NCBI GenBank assembly: GCA_025935925.1
Contig: JAICUI010000011.1
Location: 2,676 to 66,675 of the forward strand
Source: Chloroflexota bacterium
Lineage (GTDB): Bacteria; Chloroflexota; Limnocylindria; Limnocylindrales; CSP1-4
Length of the DNA: 64,000 nucleotides
Reading direction: 5' to 3'
The position numbers and the translations under genes were made by a program. This document shows, piece after piece, positions 56,068 to 63,203 of the stretch (position 1 is the stretch's first letter; each line of letters opens with the position of its first letter). The notes below the pieces were generated by a model that saw only the letters and a program-made list of their open reading frames with translations, was not told where the DNA came from and did no database searches.

Positions 56068-56817
56068 GTGTCGTCGACTGACCATCCGGGGGACGGCGCC
56101 GCACGAGGATCAGGCGTCGACGCCCGTCCCGACAGTCCCGCCGGCTCCTCCGGCTCGCGCCCCGTCCGCGTGCTGCTCGTCGACGACCACCGGCTCGTCC
56201 TAGAATCCCTCGCCCGCGTCCTCGACGAGGAGCCCGACATCAACATCGTCGGGACGGCCACGACCGTCGCCGAGGCCAAGGACGTCGCGCGCGAGCCCGT
56301 CGACGTGGTGCTGATGGACTACCGGCTGCCCGACGGCACGGGCGTCGAGGCGACCCGGACGATCAAGGCTCGCTGGCCGGGATCGCGGATCATCATGCTC
56401 ACCGCGGTCGACGACGACGAGACGGTCCTCGAGTCGATCCAGGCGGGCGCCGACGGCTATCTCACCAAGGACAAGGCGATCGACGACGTCGTCGCGACCG
56501 TGCGGGCGGCGAATGCCGGCGCAACGCTGCTGCCGCGGGACGTCATCGTCACCATCGCGAAGCGCGTCGCCGAGTCGCGCGACCGGCAGGCCGAGCGGAC
56601 GCCGGTCGAGGCGCTCACGCCGCGCGAGCTCGAGGTGCTCAAGGCGCTCGTCGAGGGCCTCAGCACCCCGGACATCTGCGAGCGGCTGGTGATCACGCCG
56701 AACACGCTTCGGACGCACGTGCAGAACATCATGGGCAAGCTCCATGTGCACTCGAAGCTCGAGGCCGTGTCGTTCGCGCTGCGCTACAAGCTCGTGGAGC
56801 CGCCGCGCGCCGAGTAG
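56068..56817 (+). CDS. NarL/FixJ (LuxR-type HTH) response regulator with no kinase gene in the window
   Basis: GTG start and a ~33-aa Gly/Ser-rich leader. REC domain: VRVLLVDDH...VVLMDYRLPDG...IIMLT...GYLTKD. LuxR HTH: LTPRELEVLKALVEGLSTPDICERLVITPNTLRTHVQNIMGKL. Confidence 0.9.
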   Translation: MSSTDHPGDGAARGSGVDARPDSPAGSSGSRPVRVLLVDDHRLVLESLARVLDEEPDINIVGTATTVAEAKDVAREPVDVVLMDYRLPDGTGVEATRTIKARWPGSRIIMLTAVDDDETVLESIQAGADGYLTKDKAIDDVVATVRAANAGATLLPRDVIVTIAKRVAESRDRQAERTPVEALTPRELEVLKALVEGLSTPDICERLVITPNTLRTHVQNIMGKLHVHSKLEAVSFALRYKLVEPPRAE

Positions 56818-56836
56818 CCGCGGCCGGGACGCGCGA

Positions 56837-57100
56837 TCAGCGCGGCTGCCAGCCGGCGTCGTCGGCCCGGCGCCGTGGACCCTTCCGGCGCTCGGCGAAC
56901 CGCCGTTCCGCGATGCCCGCGGGCGGCCCCGCGATCAGTGGCGGGTCGGCGCGTCGCACGGCCTGGCGACGGTCGTCGCCCCGGCGGTCCGCATCCAGCG
57001 GCGCACCGCACCGCGGGCAGCGACGATCCCCCGCGCCTGACACCGCCGGGGCGGCCGTGTAGACCTGGCGACCGCAGGTGCGACACGCGAGCTTCGTCAT
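56837..57100 (-). CDS. Small zinc-ribbon protein with an Arg-rich tail (87 aa)
   Basis: GAGGAG lies 5 nt upstream of the ATG. CRTCGRQV...20 aa...CPRCGAPL (CxxC...CxxC), then DRRGDDRRQAVRR...ERRFAERRKGPRRR. Confidence 0.6.
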   Translation of the reverse strand: MTKLACRTCGRQVYTAAPAVSGAGDRRCPRCGAPLDADRRGDDRRQAVRRADPPLIAGPPAGIAERRFAERRKGPRRRADDAGWQPR

Positions 57101-57247
57101 GGGCGCTCCTCAGCCGATTGCGGTCGGTGCGGCCCGAACGAACCGGTCATCGCTACGGCACGTGACGGATGCGACGGGCAATCCCCGTCGGGATGATCTT
57201 GGCGGCGCGCCCAGTGCGGCGCCCCGGCCACACGGGCAGGTGGCCGC

Positions 57248-57280
57248 GGTGGGTCGCCTCCTCCCCTGGGGCGACCCACC
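57248..57280 (-). terminator. GC-rich hairpin just downstream of trpB2 (possible factor-independent terminator without a clear U-tract)
   Basis: ggtgggtcgcc (57248-57258) pairs perfectly with ggcgacccacc (57270-57280), leaving an 11-nt loop. It lies 13 nt beyond the trpB2 stop. Confidence 0.4.
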
Positions 57281-57292
57281 CTTTCGCCTGGA

Positions 57293-58666
57293 TCAGCCGA
57301 CGCCGGGCAGCGCCGCGAGCGCCGCCGCAACCTTCTCGTCCGGGTACTCGTAGTCCTCGAGCGTGCCCGCCAGGTACTGCTCGTACGCCGACAGGTCGAA
57401 GTGCCCGTGGCCGCACAGGTTGAACAGGATCACCCGCTCCTCGCCGGCCGCCCTGGCGTCGAGGGCCTCGTCGATCGCCACCTTGAGCGCGTGCGTCGGC
57501 TCGGGCGCGGGCAGGATGCCCTCGGTCCGCGCGAACTGCACGCCGGCCGCGAAGCATGCCAGCTGGTGGACGCTGCGGGCCTCGATCGCACCGATCTCCT
57601 TGAGGTGCGACACCAGCGGCGCCATGCCGTGATAGCGGAGCCCGCCGGCGTGGATCGGCTCCGGGATGAAGTCGGCGCCGAGCGTGTGCATCTTGACGAG
57701 CGGCGTGGTCTTCGCCGTGTCGCCGAAGTCGTACGCGTAGACGCCGCGGGTCAGCGACGGGGCGGCCTCGGGCTCCGCGGCGATGACGCGGTACGACTTC
57801 CCGCCGCGGAACGTCCGGCCGAGCCACGGGAACGTGAGGCCGGCGAAGTTCGAGCCACCGCCGGCGCAGCCGATGATGACGTCGGGCTCCTCGCCCGCGA
57901 GCTCCATCTGCTCGATCGACTCCTGGCCGATGACCGTCTGGTGGAGCAGCACGAAGTCGAACACCGACCCGAGCGAGTACTTCGAGCCCGGGTGGGTCAT
58001 CACGTCCTCGATCGCCTCGCTGATCGCGAGGCCGAGGCTGCCGGTGTGGTCCGGGTTGTCGCGCAGGACGCCCCGGCCGAACTCGGTCTCGAGGCTCGGG
58101 CTGGCGCTCACCGAGGCGCCGTACGTCTCCATCAGGATCCGGCGATACGGCTTCTGGTCGTAGCTCGCCCGGACCATGTAGACCTTCACGTCGAGCCCGA
58201 AGTGGGCGCCGGCGAACGCGAGCGCGCTCCCCCACTGCCCCGCGCCCGTCTCGGTCGCGGCCCGCTCGACGCCCTCGTCCTTCATGTAGAACGCCTGGGC
58301 GAGGGCGGTGTTCGGCTTGTGGCTGCCGGACGGGCTGCCGCCCTCGTACTTGTAGTAGATGTGGGCCGGGGTATCGAGCGCCTTCTCGAGGTTCCGGGCG
58401 CGGTGGAGCGGGCTCGGACGGTAGAGCTTGTACGCGTCGCGCACGGGATCCGGGATCTCGATCTCGCGATCGGTTGCGACGACCTGCTTGATGAGCTCCA
58501 TCGGGAACAGCGGCGCTAGGTCGCCGGGGCCGATCGGCTGGCCGGTGCCCGGGTGCAGCGGCGGCGGCGGAGGGGTCGGCAGGTCGGCGGCGATGTTGTA
58601 CCAGGCGCGCGGGATCCGCTCCTCGTCGAGCAGGAACCGCGTGCGGGTGGGCAGGACGACGGCCAT
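57293..58666 (-). CDS. trpB2: TrpB-like PLP enzyme, TrpB2 subfamily (tryptophan synthase beta chain 2)
   Basis: The long N-terminal extension LLDEERIPRAWYNIAADLP is typical of TrpB2. PLP-lysine region GGSPSGSHKPNTA, then ETGAGQWGSALA and GCAGGGSNFAG. 457 aa from the ATG at 58666. Confidence 0.88.
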   Translation of the reverse strand: MAVVLPTRTRFLLDEERIPRAWYNIAADLPTPPPPPLHPGTGQPIGPGDLAPLFPMELIKQVVATDREIEIPDPVRDAYKLYRPSPLHRARNLEKALDTPAHIYYKYEGGSPSGSHKPNTALAQAFYMKDEGVERAATETGAGQWGSALAFAGAHFGLDVKVYMVRASYDQKPYRRILMETYGASVSASPSLETEFGRGVLRDNPDHTGSLGLAISEAIEDVMTHPGSKYSLGSVFDFVLLHQTVIGQESIEQMELAGEEPDVIIGCAGGGSNFAGLTFPWLGRTFRGGKSYRVIAAEPEAAPSLTRGVYAYDFGDTAKTTPLVKMHTLGADFIPEPIHAGGLRYHGMAPLVSHLKEIGAIEARSVHQLACFAAGVQFARTEGILPAPEPTHALKVAIDEALDARAAGEERVILFNLCGHGHFDLSAYEQYLAGTLEDYEYPDEKVAAALAALPGVG

Positions 58667-58755
58667 CTCTACGGACCTCGGGGCGGGCATCGGTGGGGAC
58701 GCGGAGCGTATCGAAAATGCTGCCGCGCCGCACACGTCCGTCCGCGTGACGGACC

Positions 58756-59340
58756 CTACGCCAGCGGCACCGTCTCGAGCCGCTCGTGCCGTGGCGGGCC
58801 GGCGCCGAGATGGCTCCGGAACAGGACGACCTCCCGAGCCACGAACGACGTGCGCCACGCCGCGGCCGCGGTCCGGAGCGCGTCCGCGATCGCGTGCCCG
58901 TCGGCGATGGACGAGGCGTCCAGCCGCGCGACCGTCAGATGGGGGCGGTAGGCGCGGGTGTCCGACGGCGATCCGAGCGGGGCGACCGCGCCGTCGACCG
59001 CCCGGGCCAGCTCGCCGAGCGCGTCGGCGCCCTGCTCGATGCCCAGCCACAGCGTCCGCGGCTTCCTCCCGCCCGGGAATGAGCCGGCCCCCGCGAGCAC
59101 GACGTCGAACGCCGGCCGGCCAGCGACCGCCGCGCGGACCGCCTCGCCGACCGCCGTCACGTGGCCGGGCGGCGTCGCCCCGAGGAAGCGCACCGTGAGG
59201 TGGAGGTTCGGGACGTCGACCCAGCGCGGCACCTGGCCGAGGGGGCCCGCGCGTACCGTGTCGACCAGCGAGGCGCAGGCCGCCACGGCGTCGGCCGGCA
59301 GCGGGACCGCGACGAACAGCCGCTCCGCCCCTTCACGCAC
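58756..59340 (-). CDS. thpR: RNA 2',3'-cyclic phosphodiesterase (2H family, ThpR/LigT)
   Basis: Two HxT motifs, HLTVRFLG and HLTVARL, in a 194-aa protein. The start overlaps the ppa 3' end by 8 nt. Confidence 0.85.
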   Translation of the reverse strand: MREGAERLFVAVPLPADAVAACASLVDTVRAGPLGQVPRWVDVPNLHLTVRFLGATPPGHVTAVGEAVRAAVAGRPAFDVVLAGAGSFPGGRKPRTLWLGIEQGADALGELARAVDGAVAPLGSPSDTRAYRPHLTVARLDASSIADGHAIADALRTAAAAWRTSFVAREVVLFRSHLGAGPPRHERLETVPLA

Positions 59341-59851
59341 TCTGTTCGCGCTGGTAGCGCTCCCGGTCCTCGATCAGGATGCGCCGCGCCTCGTCGTGCT
59401 CGCGCCAGCCGACCACGTCGACCTCCTTGCTCTCGAGCAGCTTGTAGGTGTTGAAGAAGTGCTCGATCTCCACCAGGCGGTGCGGTCGCACCTGCTCGAG
59501 CCGCTCGATGTGCTGCTGATGCGGGTCGCCGATCGCGACACACAGCGTCTTGAAGTCGAAGCCCTTCTCGTCGCGCATCTCGAGCCCGCCGATCGGCCGG
59601 GCCCAGACGCGACAGCCCGTGAACGTCGGCTCGTCGATGATGAGCAGGGCGTCCGTGTGGTCGCCGTCACCCGCCCGGGTGTGCTCCACGAAGCCGTAGT
59701 CGAAGTTGTAGAACACGGCGGACGACAGCACCCGGTCGAGGCGGAAGACGCCGGCCTCCTCGTCGTACTCGTACTTGTTACGACTCCCGCGCGGGATCTC
59801 GACCACGATCTCGACGACGTCCGGATATTGCTCGAGGTACGGATTGGGCAT
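59333..59851 (-). CDS. ppa: Inorganic pyrophosphatase (family I)
   Basis: VEIPRGSRNKYEYDEE...DRVL...YNFDYGFV..T...DGD..DAL... 172 aa. Confidence 0.93.
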   Translation of the reverse strand: MPNPYLEQYPDVVEIVVEIPRGSRNKYEYDEEAGVFRLDRVLSSAVFYNFDYGFVEHTRAGDGDHTDALLIIDEPTFTGCRVWARPIGGLEMRDEKGFDFKTLCVAIGDPHQQHIERLEQVRPHRLVEIEHFFNTYKLLESKEVDVVGWREHDEARRILIEDRERYQREQSA

Positions 59852-60338
59852 GCCGGAATGCTACTGCGCGGTCACGGCGCGAACCCGCGGCCGTCTCGCG
59901 CAGAACCGCGTTGGCTCGGCTCACCCCGCCACGCGGCTCCAACGGACCCGCGGGCCCCCAGAGTGGGCCACGTTGCGCCGAATCTGCCGATCGGGCCCCT
60001 GACAGGGCACATAACGACGCATTGCGTCGCGGCGGCGGCGCCACCGCCGTCATCGCGGCCCCTCGCCGGGGTCAGAACGACGCTCGCCGCGCGATGTGGC
60101 CCCCGGCCACGGTCCCGACGTCGAGCGCCGTGCCGGCGTTCTACCAGGGGCGGAACCAGCCCGACAGGGCGGCGGACGCGCAGAACCCGAGGCGCGGAAC
60201 CCGACGGCGCGGCACTCGACGGCGCGCCGGACGCGCCCGATGGGAGGCGGAGCCGACGACCGGAGCGAGCGGACTCCCGGTGCGTGAGCGAGGACCGCAG
60301 GCGACAACGCCGCAGCGCGCCGTTCCGGCGCACCGGCG

Positions 60339-60431
60339 TCAGTCGTTGTAGAGGCGCTCCTCGAGTCCTCCGGCCGATGGCTCGCGGGCGCGTCGCCTCG
60401 GCCGTCGGAGGGCTCAGTCGTTGTAGAGGCG
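60339..60431 (-). repeat. Direct repeat of the last codons plus stop of the DnaB-like gene, 75 nt apart and in frame
   Basis: tcagtcgttgtagaggcg occurs at 60339-60356 and again at 60414-60431. On the minus strand this is cgcctctacaacgactga, encoding RLYND-stop. The two preceding Glu codons are also retained (gaggag vs gaagaa). Confidence 0.9.
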
Positions 60432-61490
60432 TTCTTCGATCAGCTTTTCCTGAACCGTGCGCCCGTTCGGGTCGAAGCACGAGAACTCGAAGTGCTTCTC
60501 GAACTCGAGGTCCACCGCGTCCTGGCCGCCGCGGTTCTTCTCGACCGAGACGATCACCCAGTCGCGGAACCGCTGGGCCTGGTACGGGTTGAACTCGATG
60601 TTGACCTTCGCGACGATCTGGTACTTCTCGTTCAGGATCAGGATGATGTCGGCCTCGTAGTTGATCGCCGACGAGCCGCGCAGGTGGTAGTTGCGCAGCC
60701 GCGACGCCTTCAGGCCTTCCTTGTCCGCCGCGACGATCGCGATCATCGGGACGTCCTCGGCGAGCGCGATGTCCTTGAGCCCGTTGACGATGTAGGTGAC
60801 CTTCTCGGTCTCCGTCGGGGGCTCCGGGATCACCGGCACCTTCTGGAGGTAGTCGACGACGACGAGGAGCCGGCGGTCGCCCGACAGCTCGCGGTGCTGG
60901 CGGATGAGCTGGCGCATCCCGTCGATCGTCGACGCCGTCTGCGTGCCGCGCAGCAGGAACAGGTTCTGCCCGTAGCGCGCGATCCGGTCGAGGGACGGAC
61001 GGAGCCGCGGGTTGGCGGCCAGCTGGGCGACGCCGCCGCCCTCGGCCATCCAGGTCCCGAGGATCTCCTTGCGCACGTCGGTGATCTTGATCGCACCGGT
61101 CTTGTGCGGGAGGTGCGCGAGGGCCGACTCGGCCGCGATGAGGCGGTTGAGGAGGTACAGCTCGTCGTGCTCGAAGCAGATGTACAGGACGTTGGCCTGG
61201 CCGCCCGAGGCGACGTTGCGCGCCATCTGGAGGGCCATCGTCGTCTTGCCGGTGCCCTGCGCCCCGCCGATCATCAGCAGCTCGCCGGCGCGAAGCCCCG
61301 TCCCGATGGTCTTGTCGAGCGGCGTGAACCCGAGCGGCACGGGCTGGTACTCGCCCACCTTCCCGCCGGCGACCTTGTCGTTGAGGTCCACCAGGACCTC
61401 GATGGCCGAGCGGGGCGCCATGCTCCCGTTCGGGCCGTCAAGGCGCCAGTTGGGCCTCGGAGCGGCCCCCGTCTCCGTCTCCGTCGTCAC
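60414..61490 (-). CDS. DnaB-family RecA-like ATPase consisting only of the linker and C-terminal domain (no N-terminal helicase domain)
   Basis: GTG start with gaggga ~9 nt upstream. PLGFTPLDKTIGTGLRAGELLMIGGAQGTGKTTMALQMARNVA (Walker A), LLVVVDYLQ (Walker B), and NYHLRGSSAINYEADIILIL (DnaB H4-like). 358 aa. Visibly lower GC than its neighbours. Confidence 0.8.
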   Translation of the reverse strand: MTTETETGAAPRPNWRLDGPNGSMAPRSAIEVLVDLNDKVAGGKVGEYQPVPLGFTPLDKTIGTGLRAGELLMIGGAQGTGKTTMALQMARNVASGGQANVLYICFEHDELYLLNRLIAAESALAHLPHKTGAIKITDVRKEILGTWMAEGGGVAQLAANPRLRPSLDRIARYGQNLFLLRGTQTASTIDGMRQLIRQHRELSGDRRLLVVVDYLQKVPVIPEPPTETEKVTYIVNGLKDIALAEDVPMIAIVAADKEGLKASRLRNYHLRGSSAINYEADIILILNEKYQIVAKVNIEFNPYQAQRFRDWVIVSVEKNRGGQDAVDLEFEKHFEFSCFDPNGRTVQEKLIEERLYND

Positions 61491-61608
61491 CTGCGAGATC
61501 CCTCGTGTGGTCCGTTGCCGTGGGCATCCTAGCACCGGGTTCCGGCGGCGCTTTCACCCCCCGGGGCCAGCGAGCACCGCCGAAGGTACCGGTCGGCCGT
61601 CGGCCGGG

Positions 61609-63021
61609 CTACGCGCGAAGCGCCGCCAGCTCGTCCCAGAGCCGGACGATGACGCGCGTCCCACGCTCGAAGTTGTCGACCAGCAGCCACTCGTTCGGCG
61701 CGTGCGCGTTGCACGACGGCTGGCAGAAGCCGGCGAGGACGACCGGCAGGCCGAGGCCGTTCTCGAACACCGCCGTGACCGGGATCGAACCGCCCTCGCG
61801 GATGTACACCGGCGGGGCGCCGTAGACCGCCTCGATCGCCCGCGCCGCCGCCTGCGTGGCGGGGTGGTCCATCGGCGTGAGCGACGGGTCGCCGCCGTGG
61901 ATGTAGTGGGTCGTGACCCGAACGCCCGGCGGCGCGATCTCCGCCACGAAGTCGCGCAGCGCCGCGAACACCTTCGCCGGGTCCTGGTTCGCGACGAGCC
62001 GGGTCGACAGCTTCGCGTGCGCGTGCGCCGGGATGATCGTCTTGGCGCCCTCGCCGACGAACCCGCTCCACAGGCCGTTGACGTCGAGCGTCGGGCGCGC
62101 CCCCTTGCGCTCGAGAGTGCTCCAGCCGGCCTCGCCGACCAGCGCCTCGACGGGGATCCCCGCGCGGTACGTCTCGTCGTCGAACGGGAGGGCCGCGATC
62201 GCCGCGCGCTCCTCGTCGGTCAGTGCGACGACGTCGTCGTAGAACCCGGGGATCCGGATGCGGCCGTCCGGGCCGACGAGCGACGCGAGGATCTTCGCGA
62301 GCGCGTTCGCCGGGTTCTGGACCGTGCCGCCGTACTGGCCGGAGTGGAGGTCGACCGGCGACAGCTCGACGTCGATCTGGGCGTACATGATCCCGCGCAG
62401 GCCGATGGTGATCGCCGGCAGGTTGCCCTCGAAGTACGCCGTGTCGCTGATGACGACGGCATCCGCCTGCAGCCGATCCCGGTTCTCGGGCAGCCAGGCG
62501 GTCAGGCTCTCGGAGCCGTACTCCTCCTCGCCCTCGAACACGAAGGTCAGGTTCACGGCCGGCGCCTTGCCCGCGGCGCGCAGCGCCTCGATCGCCCCGA
62601 GGTGCATCACGATCTGGCCCTTGTCGTCGGCGACGCCGCGGCCCACGAACCGCCCGTCCCGGACGAACGGGTCCCACGGCGCGGTCTCCCAGAGGTCGAT
62701 GGGGTCGACCGGCTGGACGTCGAAGTGGCAGTAGACGATCACCGTCGGCGCACCCGGCGCCTCGTGGATCCTGCCGTAGACGATCGGGTGGATGGCCGTG
62801 CGGATCACCTCCACATCGGTCGCGCCCAGGGTGCGCAGCCGATCGCCGAGCCACTCGGCGGCGCGCGCGACGTCCTCGGCGAACTCGGGCTGGGCCGACA
62901 CGCTCGGGATCCGTGCGAACTCGAGCAGCGTGTTCGCCCGCGCCTCCGCCGACGCCTGGAGCGCCGCCTCGACGGCGGGGTCGATCGGCTGGGTCTCGGG
63001 CGCGGTCGCGGACTCGGTCAT
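61609..63021 (-). CDS. M20-family metallopeptidase (dipeptidase/ArgE-DapE-like)
   Basis: ggagga RBS before the ATG at 63021. YCHFDVQP, GRGVADDKG, FVFEGEEEYGS, and a C-terminal ...SCNAHAPNE. 470 aa. Confidence 0.85.
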   Translation of the reverse strand: MTESATAPETQPIDPAVEAALQASAEARANTLLEFARIPSVSAQPEFAEDVARAAEWLGDRLRTLGATDVEVIRTAIHPIVYGRIHEAPGAPTVIVYCHFDVQPVDPIDLWETAPWDPFVRDGRFVGRGVADDKGQIVMHLGAIEALRAAGKAPAVNLTFVFEGEEEYGSESLTAWLPENRDRLQADAVVISDTAYFEGNLPAITIGLRGIMYAQIDVELSPVDLHSGQYGGTVQNPANALAKILASLVGPDGRIRIPGFYDDVVALTDEERAAIAALPFDDETYRAGIPVEALVGEAGWSTLERKGARPTLDVNGLWSGFVGEGAKTIIPAHAHAKLSTRLVANQDPAKVFAALRDFVAEIAPPGVRVTTHYIHGGDPSLTPMDHPATQAAARAIEAVYGAPPVYIREGGSIPVTAVFENGLGLPVVLAGFCQPSCNAHAPNEWLLVDNFERGTRVIVRLWDELAALRA

Positions 63022-63119
63022 GGATCCTCCACGCAGCGGCGGTCGCGGGATGGGCGACGGCACCGGACGATGCTATCGCGCGTCACCGGTGGCGGGCGCT
63101 CGCCGGCCCCGGGACGGAA

Positions 63120-63148
63120 GAACCGCGACGGGGGTCCCGTCGCGGTTC
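63120..63148 (-). terminator. Strong hairpin downstream of ftsH (candidate intrinsic terminator)
   Basis: gaaccgcgacggg (63120-63132) pairs perfectly with cccgtcgcggttc (63136-63148). On the minus strand it is followed by ttcttcc. Confidence 0.55.
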
Positions 63149-63203
63149 GAAGGATCGTGGTTGTCGTGACCCCGTCGGCACGGCCGCGGGGACGCGCCGC
63201 GGC

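Noticed and set aside
60015-60029. The perfect 7+7 palindrome cgacgca-t-tgcgtcg as a specific operator.
   Set aside because: Several such palindromes are expected by chance in 64 kb. I mention it only as part of the unexplained intergenic region.
60414-61490. Calling this gene dnaB (the replicative helicase).
   Set aside because: The N-terminal helicase/primase-interaction domain is missing, so assigning the dnaB symbol would over-interpret it. I kept it as a DnaB-family ATPase domain protein.
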